Source: Octopus sinensis
Lineage: Eukaryota
DNA length: 64,000 nucleotides
Assembly (NCBI RefSeq): GCF_006345805.1
Contig: NC_042999.1
Location: forward strand, 32,798,001 to 32,862,000
Reading direction: 5' to 3'
The notes under the pieces are model-generated. The model made no database searches, had not been told where the DNA came from, and worked only from the letters and a program-made list of their open reading frames with translations. Both the position numbers and the translations under genes were made by a program. Positions 50,531 to 64,000 of the stretch are shown here, piece by piece. The first letter of the stretch is position 1. Each line of letters starts with the position of its first letter.

Positions 50531-52229
50531 TCTTCATTTATCCAAGGTCAGGGGATAACAGGGCAACCTATTTCCTTACCAAACAATTTTCGGAATACAT
50601 TTACAATAAAAGTATATAATGTTGGTTTGTTTCTTCTAGAATGTTAATTGTAAATTATGAGCTACAAAAGTAAAACAAATACGAGTGATTGGCTGTGAGG
50701 TTTACACATCTTATGATGTTCGAATAACTCAGAAATGAAAACAGGTATCTCAATCATGCGAAAGATTTGTATAACATTCTAGTGTACTTCTTTTAAGCCA
50801 GTTCGAAAGTATAGTTCATTGATGTAGTTGCAATTGTTGATATGAAAGAAATATTCACAGTTACAGTAGAATCTTTCAACACCATTATTACCTACCTGCT
50901 GTAAACTAACTTCCGCGTCTTATCAGGAATTAAATCCCTCGGGGATAGTTTCTGCAAATACAAAGGTGATTCCAGTGAAGTATCTAGAAAATATTTTCAA
51001 ACAAGCAAAGTAGATATTAATTTTTCAACATAATACATTGATGAAGAAAATTTTATAATACTGACACTTTTTTTACATACACATCCATCCTAGTTTTGCT
51101 CATCTAAAATTATTATCTTGTATCGTAGGTATAAGTCAATATATCACGGTAATAAATAATGAGAGAAAACTGTTTTAAAAAATCACGTGTAAAATCCGTG
51201 TGTTTGTTTTTTACACGAAATATTGATATGGTTGTTGATAACTTATAGAATATTATCACGATAATATTCAGAAGAATTATCAGAGAAAGACCCTTGGGAA
51301 TATTTAGTTAACTGAAAAATAGTTTTCACAGTGATAAACCGTGACGTCTAAGCATTGTGCGCTTCAGTTCTTGTACGATTTTTGTAACGGTTTTATAAGA
51401 TATTTTAACTCAATAACTAGGATCAATTTTGTCTTTGAAATGCAGAAATTGCCGATGTAATTCGCAACCGGAGAGCAAAATGAGGCATATTTAATTTCGT
51501 TATAACAAATACAAATATAAAGTTTTGTCAGCTTTAACAAACCTCATAATCACTCCATTTCGTAATAATGGGATTTCATTTGTATAAATAATAGAATGCG
51601 AATTAAAATGTGCAAATGGACACTCGAGAATTTCCTCCATCAAATTTCAAATAAGGGTAATGAGTGGTATGAGCTATAGACTACAGCTGATAATATACAA
51701 TCTCAGAACTTTTCTAGATGATGCATATATACTTTAATGGGATAACAGAGACGAAACCACATGAGATAGTTCAGAGATGCAGGATAACAGCAAAACGAAC
51801 TGAGAAACTATTACGCTTGCATCGGCATTAAATTATTTATCTAATTTCAGTGGAGTTTCGTTGAAGTGGGAAAATACAATTAATTTAGCGCCTGTAAACA
51901 GAAAGTATTATTGAAAATTCACATTACGTATTTGTAAAATATTTATCATATTTTCCGAAATATTATGTCTCTACAGCTATACAAATACACTAATTCTCAT
52001 TTTCCAAAAATAGAAGCAATATCTAGTGATTTGGTCAAATGTATATCTATCAGTTTATTTACTTCAATAGAGAAAGGACATTAAATTGAAGAGTGCACGT
52101 AGTGCCTCAAATTTTAAGAAGAAAAACGGCTACTTCACAATGTTCAGCATATTTATTAGAAATCGCCTTATATCAGATCAGTTATGTAAAAAGGTGAGTA
52201 ATGTAAGATGGAATTCAGCGTCGCTGCAT

Positions 52230-53500
52230 ACACTGTTTGTAGGAAGGATCCCAAGTCTTCTCGAGCAACCCACTGAAAAGTGTTGCAGTCAGTTCTCAGA
52301 ACAATAGAATACTTCCTTATCCGCTGTGACCATGAATCATGTAACCGACCATTTTGAACCTTCACTCAGCCGGATCTTCACAAAAGTAATCACTGTACGA
52401 ATAGATCCAAATCGGAAAATTAAGTAACATGAATAAACAGTCTAAGCTGACGCTCCCGAATCATACAACTAGACGCATCCTTTTTCTTTGTGTAGTTTAT
52501 TGGTAGATAGTAATCCTTTGAAGAATCTTTGTATGAAAAGCTGTCTGGCGGAATTGGAGGTCTACGAAAAGGGTCCATGTCTCGCAAATATAGATCAAGA
52601 CAGGAAGGACACCAACCAACACTTAAAACAGTACCTTTGTATCTCTGTTCAGATAACGGTAGCCGCAAACCAGCATTCCAGTAAGACAACAACTGCATCA
52701 GCACACCACAGTCTTTCTAAAACTTTCAACTCGCAGCTGCTGCTGCTGCTATCGATCACACTGCTGAGATATGTGAAGCGGTCAACAACTTCAACATTCT
52801 CACCCGTAACAGAGACCAGCGAGATGGATTCCCTAGAAAGAGAAACAGAAATCAAGAAACCCTAAGTCCAAGTTACATCGAGAGACTGAACAAGAATAGC
52901 AGCACTAACAGTCAAAGCCCGATCAATAATCTTGGTTTCATCAGTGAGAGCTCCATTATTTGATCCAGCTTCCATTCGGTCAAATATCTCATCCATGCTA
53001 TACTGAAAAACCATGACACACCCAAAATATCTTGGAAGACAATATATGATGAGCTCTCAATTCGAACACTGCTTAAGGTTCCAGTGCATAATGCCCCTAA
53101 CAACCTAAGCAGTCGGCGATGTATACCTCGCAGCTTCAGATTCCTCTAAAATACATATCTGTCCACAGAGACATGTAAGACATGATGCAAGCGACCCCTT
53201 CCTGCAGTGCTGCCTGTGTTCCATGGTTACACGGAGAGCCAGAATCTTGTGAGTATTTCTCCTGTTTAATGTGAACCGTGACTGCTTCGGCCACTACAGT
53301 CAAGCAGATTATTTCGCATTCCATTTAAGATAACCTTGGCAAAGACCATACTGGGTCCTGAAAGTTCTTTAATTTTAACAGCAGTCACTTTACCTTTCCA
53401 GATAGGAAAATATTTATAACCAACATCCAGCCAGACACATATGATAGCAATGTTCCAAAACCAAGACTGAAGTGGGCTCATATTTCTAGATCCTCTCCTA
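52230..53500 (-). mobile_element. RTE-clade LINE RT fragment, degenerate
   Basis: VEVVDRFTYLSSVI and GVLPVLIYICETWTL are RTE hallmark motifs. Broken upstream RT-like frames run to ~53.5 kb. Confidence 0.82.
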
Positions 53501-54521
53501 ATGGATGCCACAAATACCAGCTTCTATCGCGACCTTCTTGTGACCTACCGCCAAATGAACCTCTTCTCATCGAATTTGAGACTAAGCGTATCAAACGATA
53601 GAAGACGTAGTGGAAATTAGCTTATAAAATTCAAAATTATTAATTACCACGCATAGAGAGAAAAATTCTTAAAAAGGAAATTCAAATTTAGATTTAGATT
53701 TTCATAAGCAGTAAGATAAACAAATGATTGTTTATGTAGATCTAATATAAATTTCATATTAGATTTGAGGTAGATAACTGACTTAACAATGAATATTTTA
53801 TTTATCATTCCCATTATTCCTATTTCTGAAATACTAGTGCCTATTATAAAAGTGTACAAATGTATGATATGAAACTGTATTCAACAAAGAGAATATTTAG
53901 GAAATAATAATCAAATCAATTGTGTTACTTATATTAACGCATCAAAAAGATGCTCCATACTCACTTGAAAACAGTAACTGTAACTGTAACAAGTGTTCTA
54001 GTTGATTCGATTAAGGGAACAGTTTGGTCATGAAATGAACGCGCAAGTTACTGAGCACTTCACGAATACGCATTCGCTTAATGCTGTTCTTAGGAATTCT
54101 CAGTGAGACATAGAATGTAACAAGACGGATCCTTAAAAATAAGGGGCTACTCGTTTTCGCTTGCTGAGCGTGCTGGAACAACGTGAGATAAAATACTTTG
54201 CTCAAGAGCACAACTGTCCATCCGGAATCGAACTCGTATCTCAAGGTTAGATCACCGGACTCATCATAGACCATTCCAGTGAAAAATTTCAAATAATTTA
54301 AATTTCAAATTCGCAAGACACTCGTTTTATCTACAGTCTAGTTGATTATTTCTGTTGTTTCTCTCTGTCTTTTCTACATACTCGTGCTCGTTTAAACGTC
54401 GCTTGCTTCTAACGAAGTTCCTGCACAATTTTCTTATCTTAACCAGCTTGATAAATGGCGGAATTAACAGATACTTCGGCGAGAGAGTTGTATTTCCCAT
54501 GGCATTTGTTTTTTTATTATA

Positions 54522-54616
<95 letters not shown>

Positions 54617-54870
54617 GTGTGTAAATGGATGAATGAATTATCCTTTGTTTACCCTTAACATGGAAAATTCAATAAACAGTTACTAGGGTAGCAAAATTGA
54701 CGCAAATAACACGGATGAAGATAGAGACTCCGGGGTAATGTGCAGTAATTTGTTTAGAGTAAGTAAATAAATGGAGTTGAACGAAAATGTTATTAAAATT
54801 CTTTTACTTCCGACATATGTTTCGAACACAACATTGGTTGTATTCCAAAGGAATAAAAGGTGTTTATTTA

Positions 54871-54943
<73 letters not shown>

Positions 54944-55079
54944 CTAATGATAAGAAGAAGATAAAGAAAATACTTTAACACATCTTTAAAGATTCGCTAC
55001 AACTGTCTCTGTACCTATTTGAACTGCCAGTTTTTGCAGACGTGTACGCAATGTTTACGGTTTTAGACATTAAAGAGGC

Positions 55080-55420
55080 CCGTCATCAGATACCTAAGGA
55101 ATTTTTCCTTTGGTCAGGAACCTAACCACATTGATAGCTCAGTATGCGGGTGTGATACTTCTACAATATGAACCCAAAACCCCTCATTTTACCGTGAAAG
55201 ACCACCAACCTAATTTTCTCTCTAAACCCTCCATCCGACTCATCTGTCCAACAAAGTCAGATTTAGGCAAAATTAGTAAATGTATACACGATCGTGTAGT
55301 TCCTGGTGTTAGAACTAAGGGTGAGCCCCTTCTATGGATCTCAAATAGTTTCATTCATTCAAATATAAAAGCCGCATCAATTTTATTCAATTTGATATAT
55401 CAAACTATTATGCAACGATA
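55080..55420 (+). mobile_element. Naiad/Chlamys-type PLE RT fragment
   Basis: FTVKDHQPNFLSKPSIRLICPTKSDLGKISKCIHDRV matches the TLKDHK.NF....RLINP.KS.LG.ISK motif; FIQFDI follows in a shifted frame. Confidence 0.8.
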
Positions 55421-55443
55421 TCTATGCACATATCCCACGATCT

Positions 55444-55485
<42 letters not shown>

Positions 55486-55501
55486 CACACGCACGCACAC
55501 A

Positions 55502-55544
<43 letters not shown>

Positions 55545-56520
55545 ATTCTGGCAGCGAGGAAATTTTTTATTAAATAGATGTTGTAAGGAGTGACCAGTAG
55601 AGCGGAAAAGGCACGAGGTGTCATTGCCAAGTATGATGTCTCGGAGGTGTTCCGTGAACCGCTCAGCCAAGCGGCGTCCCGTTTGACCGATATACAAAGA
55701 AGAACAGAAAGATCAGGAGATGTAGCTACTAAAAGTGCAGGTAGAGATGATGTGATAAGGACGATGGTGTGAACCTGTGAGGATGGTGTTGTTGTAGAGA
55801 TAGGAATATGTGCGACAGCGTGGGCGGGATCAGGGGGGAATTCTCCAGACTGGGAAGTGGGTTTGGGAATGATCTGCGGACCAGGAAGTCACGCTCGTTA
55901 TGGGTTCATTTGAAGGAGGGAGGTACAGAATGTGGAAGATGTGTGAGGAGGAGTTATCGGAGTGTAATCGCCGGAAGGCTACGAGAGAGGTGCGCTGGAG
56001 AGTCAGGGTGGAGGGCTGGTAAGTGAGGGAAAATGGGAGACTGACAAGGGTGGGCAGGTGCAAAGAAGAAGAGCAGAGGCACGGTCCACAGATCGTGTCC
56101 TGGAAAAGGCAGCGTGGATATTGGTGAGGGGTTATCCACATTTGATGAAATGGCGATCCATGAGTTGAGACTGAGTTTCAAAATCATGGCTGTCGCTGCG
56201 AAGCCCACGCAGACTGTGCGATTGGGTGTAGGGGTGGAGAGCATGGTATGGGTAGTATGAGAGAAAGAGAAATTAAGATAGCAGTGAGAGTTAGTGTGTT
56301 CGTAGTGGATGGAGGCAATGGGAGCGTAGTGGTATATATGTAGTACAAATTTACAGAATAAAACTCGAAGAGAAGGAACAACAAGAAGATGTAATAGTTT
56401 GACGCCAGGGAGGAATGCAAAAATATTTAACGTTTCGAGCCTACTCCTTTTGAAGGAAAGAATCGAGAAGTGAAAATGGAGGGAGAACAAAAACAAAATC
56501 GGAGAGAGAGAAATATCTAG
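55545..56520 (-). mobile_element. Penelope-type element: terminal-repeat fragment, RT C-terminus and GIY-YIG endonuclease
   Basis: SIHYEHTNSHCYLNFSFSH, RTSLVAFRRLHSDNSSSHIF, YIGQTGRRLAERFTEHLRDI. A decayed ..GTAGGCTCGAAACG hammerhead remnant lies at ~56425-56460. Confidence 0.9.
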
Positions 56521-56853
56521 GAATAAAAGGCTCAACATGATGAAAACAAATATATATATGTATGTGTGTGTGTGTGTATGTGTGTGTGTGTGTAAGTGCA
56601 TGTGAGTGAGTTTACGCACGAAATTCTTTATTTGCAGGGAGTGTTGGAATGTATGATGTAAGGTATCAACTATTTGGGAAAAATTTGAAAATCAATCTAC
56701 CTTTTCCTTGTATTTATTTATAAGTATATCCTGTGTCGAAAAAATATATAAGAGTAATCCTTCAGTTTAATGTTAGATCTTTTTATGCAACTTCACTTAG
56801 AAATAAACGCATACATGACACGCGCGCGCACAACCACACACATATATACAAAC

Positions 56854-56896
<43 letters not shown>

Positions 56897-56973
56897 ATAT
56901 ATATATAATATATATATATATATAATATATATATGTATATATACATGTATATATTTATGTATATATGTATATA

Positions 56974-57025
<52 letters not shown>

Positions 57026-58169
57026 CATACATGCATGCATACATACATACATAGATACACACATACATGCATATATGCATACATATATGCACATACACAT
57101 GCGTAGATATTTATGTGCGTATGTATGTACGTATTTTCTAGCTTCAGCTGCAACATTTTTACAATTCTACATATTCTTGTGGTTTATTTCCCCAGAAACA
57201 TTTAATTAAGAATATTCTCACTTACGTGCATCCATTCTGTTTCTTTTTTTTTTCCTTTCTAGCACAAGTTTTACACATATAGCAATATTTACAGCAGCAA
57301 AAACTTTATCTTGGAAAACTTTAAAGAATATTACCTTCTAAAAATATTACATATATATATACCAGTAGCGCCGGTAGAGAGTTTCTTCAAATGAAGGCGT
57401 ATGCATGATTGCCACTCCCGTGTGAGCCTCTGCAACCGCAGCAGACACTGCCCCACCATCAGCAGCTGACACAATTTCTTTGGGCGCAGATTTAATGTCT
57501 CTTGAGACTGACAGATTCGTAGTATTGCATTATTTTTAAATGTCAAAGCATAGCAGTTTATTAATTATATGACACAAACCGGTAAGGAGCAAAACAAATA
57601 TGAGTTGAACGCTTCCATTAAACATGGTTCAAATGAATTCACGTTCAAGAGAGAGAAGTTGAGCCATGCATGTGTTTCCTCGCCATCAAGTGGTTAACAA
57701 CTACAAGTAAATGCTTCAAATGATCTTATTTAAAAAAAAAATAGTGCTCTGTCCATCCATTTTTCAGTTCTCATAATACTCATGGAACTTTTCCTCTCAC
57801 TGAAAATAACATGGTATAAAGCGAGCTGGGTTGGAATGGAATTATAACAACGAAATGCGGTAAGTAATAGGAAAATATTTTATTCGGAATCAGAAACTAG
57901 TAGCAAGTTTATGAATATCTGCGAGAAAATAAAATTGAGAAAAATAAATTGAATCTTCTATTTTCAAATACATATGTTAATTTTAATACTCTGTTCGAAG
58001 GTTGAGACTTTACTTGCATAAAGTATTTGAAGAATACTAAAAACACAAAACTGCCAAAAGAAAAAAGCGAATCATGTATGCAAAGAAAGCAAATCCTTGA
58101 TGCAAACCATACTTTGCAATGCTAAAGCAGTGTGACTGTTCAAAAACAAGATCTTTATATTTCGGTGAA

Positions 58170-58345
58170 TATTCAGTAGCAAAAATGCACGGCGATAATT
58201 CTTGCGATTATTCGTACCGAGTGCACATGCAGCCAAGTTCGATATCGCATATCCTCATTTCGGGTTCGATAAAATATGTACCATCCCAACACTGGGGTTA
58301 ATGTAATCGACTTGCACCTTCCCTCACAATTGGTGCCTTGTACTA
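58170..58345 (+). mobile_element. Old, degenerate SINE family B copy
   Basis: TTTCGGGTTCGATAAAATATGTACCA..CACTGGGGTTAATGTAATCGACTT. Confidence 0.6.
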
Positions 58346-59404
58346 AAATTTAAAATTAGTATTTCGGTAAATGATCTTTCGATGTAGGGGTTAAATGTAT
58401 TAAGTACTCTTGATATCGTTGTGATCAGCGCCGAGAGCGAGGAATTGATGCAATGGGACAATATCAATTTGGGAAAAAATACTTATCAGAAATTTTGCTG
58501 TTACTTCTAGCATGTTAACGTTATCAATTCGGTTTCCTTCATTTCCTCTACTGACCATCTAATTGCTGGTAGAGTACAATGGAAGTTACACGGTTCAAAC
58601 TGCCATTTTATGTATACCTATATGTTTGGTGTGTGTTTGTGTGTGTGCGCTAGAAATCACATTGAAGTTCGACCACTTTTCGTCCCACAAGCTTTTTTCT
58701 CCTCTACTATTAATAAGGAGATTTTCAATATTAGATTTTCATATTCTAGATTTTCATAAGTAAGCTTAAATATGTTGTTTTCAGAAATGGTGTCATTTCG
58801 TAGCTTAAATACAAATTTCCATTTTTAACAGTTTCTGATTCAACAAAGACTTATTTCCAGCAGTTAATTGAGGTTTTATACAAAACCATATTACTGCCAC
58901 TTTGTTGTTTTAAGATGATTCAATTTTTCTTTAATATAACAGACTCATAATAATTACTAAATGTCAAGAGTTACATCCATTCCAGTTAGATATCTTTTTA
59001 CCTCATATGTATGTTGACGTGATTTGTCTTTCATATGAATAGTTAATATTCAATTTAGAATTTCAATTTACGCGTTAATGGACCATTTTCGAATATTTAT
59101 TATATATTAATAAGCTGTTTAGCCAACCAGATTTCTACGACGGTGACTTAAAATGTAGCGGACCAACCGCTGTCTTTAATAAAATTAAACTCATTTAATT
59201 CCATAAAGAGTTAGATTTCCGAGAGGGCGTAGAGATGTGTGTCAAAAAAGGAATGCATATTTTAAGATTAGTATTTACCAACAGATTTGCGTACAACACT
59301 CACACACACAACATATTTCCGCGTATGTGCGTACATGTCTCTTTCTTTCTCTTTTTCTCCCCACTCTCTACCCCCTCTCTCTCTCTTTTTATATATATAT
59401 ATAT

Positions 59405-59510
59405 GATTCTTCCCTTCTTTCCTGAGCGTCCAATAATACTTTATTTGTTCCACGTCTCGCGTTGTTGTGTTTTTTGGGGGTTTGTTTTGTGTTTTCTTGT
59501 TTCGATTAAC

Positions 59511-59567
<57 letters not shown>

Positions 59568-59723
59568 CAAATAGGAAAATGGAGGAACAAATTCATTTCA
59601 ATCATCAACTTACAGATATTACCATTTCATATACCAGCAGTATATTGGATAACTGATATCCCATAATGTGTTGGGTTACCTCATAACCCCTATATTACTT
59701 TGTACTATATATATATATTATAG

Positions 59724-59818
<95 letters not shown>

Positions 59819-59935
59819 GTTAATCCAAACAAGAAAACACAGAAAAAAGAGAAAAAAAAAGAGAAAAAAAACACAGCAACGCGAGGACGTGGAACAATTA
59901 AAGTATTATTGACGCTCAGGAAAGAAGGGAATGCA
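59405..59935. repeat. Inverted pair of ~110-bp PLE-end fragments separated by ~300 bp containing (TA)n
   Basis: TTCCCTTCTTTCCTGAGCGTCCAATAATACTTT..TTCCACGTCTCGCGTTG (59405-59515) vs CAACGCGAGGACGTGGAAC..AAGTATTATTGACGCTCAGGAAAGAAGGGAA (59812-59935). Confidence 0.75.
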
Positions 59936-60637
59936 GATAATTCTTGTAATTTCGTTTAACCGAAAAATAGAAATAGGATTGAAGACGGATGTGCTCAGTT
60001 TACACTGAGACGAATGGAAATATTGAAATTGAAAGGTATAAGGAATAAACGCTCTAATCGGCCAAAGCCAATTTATAACGTTCCCATATTATCATAAATC
60101 GAACATAAGTATATATTAGAACAACAGTGTATCCAATGGTAAAACCCAATAGTGTAAAGTATTCACATATATACGAATAACAGGTGATAAACCCCAAAAG
60201 GTTAATAAGAATGAAGTGGAATGAAGAAAAATATGCGGATTAAATTGATGCATAATATAAGCGACACATGTTTCAGGCAATGAAACTAAAATATATAAAT
60301 ATAGATATAAATACAAAAGGCAAAACAGTAACTAGAAAAAAAGTCTATTCAAATCAATCGCAGGAGAAATTGATGCAACGTCATTTCTCATATCAACATG
60401 CAATAAGCCTGTTTTTCTTATTTAATCATATGCCAACTTTGGAAATTTGTTGAAACTTCAAAATTGCATGTGAACTTATTGTACCTCTGTACAGTTTCCT
60501 TCTCTTCGCTAGAGAATATTTGGCCAATAAAACGTGAAATGGTTCTGACCACTGAGTCAAGTTTTTGGCAAATCCACACGCTTATACTTGAACAAAATCT
60601 ATTCAACTCTCGGTCTAGAGATATAAAGATTGCTCCT

Positions 60638-60672
<35 letters not shown>

Positions 60673-60677
<5 letters not shown>

Positions 60678-60975
60678 CGTGATCCCCGTGACCGACCAGG
60701 CCATCATATGTTGCTACACATCGCTGGTCACAATGCGCTTCACATTGTTTTAGCCTTCAAATGACGCCACACCGTTGGCTAAGAGAGCAAGCCAACAGAA
60801 GAAAGAGTGAGAGAAAGGTTTGACGAAAGAGTACAGCAGCGATCGTCACCTGCCGGAGTCTCGTGGAGCTTTAGGTGTTTTCGCTTAATAAACACTGACA
60901 ACGCCCGGTCTGGGAATCGAAACCTCGATCCTAGGACTGCAAGTCCGCTGCCGTAACCACTGGGCCATTGCGTCT

Positions 60976-60978
<3 letters not shown>
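60673..60978 (-). mobile_element. SINE family C, full length, between (TA)n and (CA)n
   Basis: Minus-strand head TGGAGACGCAATGGCCCAGTGGTTACGGCAGCGGAC..GGTTTCGATTCCCAGACC; the tail ends ..CACGGTGATATATA. Confidence 0.9.
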
Positions 60979-61011
<33 letters not shown>

Positions 61012-61774
61012 ACACACACATATATATATATACAGAGAGAAAGAGAGAGAGAGAGAGAAAGAGAGAAAGAAAGATAAGTAACTAGATAGATAAGTTGAAT
61101 TCAGTTACTACGTTATAAAGATAAATCTTGGAGCAAATATATATATAGAAATGCTAAAATACAGAAGTTAAACTAAATGACCTTTTGTAGATATAAGACA
61201 AATTTGTCTCGATATCTAAGATTATGTCCTCAATTTCAAAACAACTTTAAGCTATATTGGTTGTGAGATTGTGTTGATACATAACATTATTCAACAACTT
61301 CAAAATCTAATATATCTTTTATTACCCAAGATTTCATATATAATTTCATTCAAACAGTTTTCAATAAAATTGAGATAAAAATCTTCACGGATGTTCCATT
61401 TAGTCTGTTTACTGGTTAATACTTTACATTATATTGTCTGACTTTATTCATCTAATATTATTGATTCAGTAGTTATGAGGTTAGTTTAGTATAGACAAAT
61501 AGTTACTTTAAAGATCAAATGAGTACTTTATTCAATGCTCTACAATTTGAAGACGAATTAAGAATAAAGAACTCTAAACTTCTCAGCACAATTATTATGT
61601 ATGCTGAAGACGCGTACAAAGTTTATAGTTACAAAACGAGTAAGGTGTCTAATCATTCCCAAATAATATAAATGTATTAATCATTTAACTACAGTATAGC
61701 ACGAAAAGTGGTAAGAACAACATCGTCACTAATTTTCCGTTCAAATTTTTGCACATGGCTAGCTATGTCGGGGA

Positions 61775-61950
61775 GGGACTAATTCGATTACATCGATTTA
61801 GTTTTCAACTGCTACTTATTTTATTGATTCCGAAAAGCTGAAAGGCAAAGTTAAACTCCGCAAAATTTGGACACAGAACGTACAAACATACTAAATTCCA
61901 CCAAGCATTTTGGCCGGCGAGTTAATGATTCAGCTAGTTCGCTGACTAAC
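61775..61950 (-). mobile_element. Old, degenerate SINE family B copy
   Basis: TCGATTACATCGA..TACTTATTTTATTGATTCCGAAAAGCTGAAAGGCAAAGT. Confidence 0.6.
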
Positions 61951-63674
61951 GCTTCGTGAGAAATAGTAAGAGCGCTAACGATAATAAAAAAAATGAGTAG
62001 CATACTCGTTCTTCTAGATATCGTATTTTGTGATTGAACTGATTTAATTATTCCAAAAATTAATTTCCTTAGATTTAGATCATTAATTTAGAAATCCGCC
62101 ATTTTATCATTTGAAAATGTCTCACTAAAATATTATACCTTGAATATAGACACCGACTGAAATTTTAGCAGACGGAAACATGGAATTACTTTTACAGAGC
62201 AAAAATTATAAATTCTGCTACAGATGATTTGGAGATGTTTTTCACTTTAAGTATTTCTCTACACAACTACATAGAAACCTTTCAACTTGTGTAGCAACAT
62301 GCTGAATCACAGAATGATGCAAAATTTCGCATTCATTCTACAATTTAAATGTGTGTCACCTATAGTAGTATCCGTTTCTAAATACATTTCACGGAAAATG
62401 TTTGCTTGTCAAGTTCGCCACACCGAGGATATATTTGGTTTTCTGCACACAAAATAAGGATTTTACGTCCCAACTTAGTCAATAGCCTGAACATGGGGGT
62501 CACCTTTCTGAATCTGATGTAATGGCTATTCTGAAAAAATTATCCAAGACGCTACACAAGGAGTTAATCTAAATAAAACATTCCAAATGCATCCATATGT
62601 GTAATGTTAGGATTGTATTGAGAATGAAGTTGAGTGCTCAGACGAATTGAAAATATATATTATGTCCTTATCAATAAGTTGACCTGTCAAATCACAGGAT
62701 ATTGAACATCTTCCACCATTACCATTATATTTATTAATGCACACCGGAATCAAATTCTTCATAGCTCAAAAACCAATGATGCAAAGTATATATCAGGATA
62801 CCGTATGAAAAACTTTCCAGTGTATGAATGTTGAGTGTGTGGGTGTGCTTGTAATTGTATATCTATCGTATATATATATATGTTTGTGTGTGTACGTGTG
62901 TGTGTGTGTGTGTGTGTGCGTGTGAGTGTGTGTTTGTGCGTCTGTGTGAGCAAGTGTATGTGTGTGTGTGTGCGAGTGTATCGAAATCATACTTTTAACA
63001 AATTGGTTCTTTTAGTGTTAAAGCCCCAATGGAAAACACATTGTGATACAGTAACGAAAAAACATTAGTCATTATTTATACGCTGAAAGGAATACTAAAT
63101 TACATTGTATGCACACAAATTTACACGAAAATACGTGTATAGTTAAACATACCTACATACAAACACTCACACGCACATATATACATACATATATGTGTGC
63201 CTGTGTGTATAAATGTGTGTGTTCCTGCATACACACCCATATTATCATATATATGAGAGATAAATAGAGGTAACGCATATGTTTGAAATTGTAGATGTAA
63301 TAGAAACATCCATTGGCTATCGTATTTTCATGAATAAATCTCTGACTAGGCTCTGTAATGATTATACACATCCGTACAGTGTTATTCTATAATTACATTG
63401 GTAAAGAATTAGCAGGATTCATTAGCATAAAATGCTACAAAATGTCATTGAATTAATATTACAATCAGCACTCTTATCATACTATCTGTTATCATTCTCA
63501 TATAAATGTGTAACTTTGTGTGTGTGTGTTTGTGTGTGCGAAAGAGAGTGTTGTATGGACGCCCCCCAGACGATGAAGTAGACTAGCCCAATAAGTAGAT
63601 GTAGCGGGAGAAATTTAGACGTCAAGCGGAGTTGGGTTAAGTAGAATGCATCCGAACGTGCGACATAACAGCAA

Positions 63675-63920
63675 TATATATATATATCATTTTTGCTTTG
63701 GTTAGTAAGATTCTTTATTTGAGTTCTTGTGTTGAAGCATATTCCGTTGTATATGGGGAAAGTCATTTCCTTGTTGTGCCTTATAATGTAACACACTCAC
63801 CGGTAAAATTTCCAGTTATTTCTTATTTTTATTTTCCTAAAATTTTCGTTGCGTCCTGCAACGTTTTCAATAGTTTTGACTATAAGGCACAAAAAGACAA
63901 TGACTCTCCCCAGACACAAC
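63675..63920 (-). mobile_element. (TA)n-flanked PLE-derived element with ~40-bp inverted arms and a U3-A8 hammerhead-like motif (63837-63873)
   Basis: The arms at 63746-63785 and 63881-63920 are imperfect reverse complements. Minus strand: CUA-UUGAAAA-C-GUUGC(AGGAC)GCAAC-GAAA-AU-UU-UAG. Confidence 0.65.
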
Positions 63921-63948
63921 AGTTTATATATATATGTATATATATATA

Positions 63949-64000
<52 letters not shown>

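Noticed and set aside
53644-53859. Possible mitochondrial insertion (hydrophobic AT-rich ORF)
   Set aside because: No recognisable mitochondrial protein or RNA motif.

Overview
This is AT-rich, microsatellite-dense eukaryotic genomic DNA, most likely from an octopus. That call is an inference from the tRNA-derived SINE families, the (TA)n/(TAA)n load and the retroelement spectrum. There is no prokaryotic system, CRISPR array or intact protein-coding gene, and almost every long ORF in the track is a translated microsatellite. The window is mostly transposon debris: a same-orientation stack of R4/Dong-type (RLE) elements in one (TAA)n array (1.1-4.6 kb); hAT, Tc1 and mariner relics; CR1, RTE and probable L1/Tx1 fragments; three SINE families; a Helitron-like element; three long-TIR foldback elements; and many Penelope-like (PLE) fragments next to (TA)n tracts. 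An orphan, diverged 18S(3')-ITS1-5.8S-ITS2(5') rDNA piece lies at 37.3-38.3 kb. The most interesting signal is a set of minimal type I hammerhead ribozyme folds in the PLE-derived ends. Their position 3/8 tertiary pair differs between copies: C3-G8 at 30.1, 24.2 and 41.4 kb, G3-C8 at 41.0 kb, and U3-A8 at 29.4 and 63.8 kb. Two of them (41.0, 63.8 kb) sit at the turn of inverted duplications, and two other hairpin elements carry only hammerhead-like remnants. There is also a near-identical L-I-L-I-L array of a ~773-bp unit (43.3-44.9 kb) and a weak pair of candidate host exons at 39.6-39.9 kb. All folds and alignments were done by eye, and most TE fragment boundaries are approximate.
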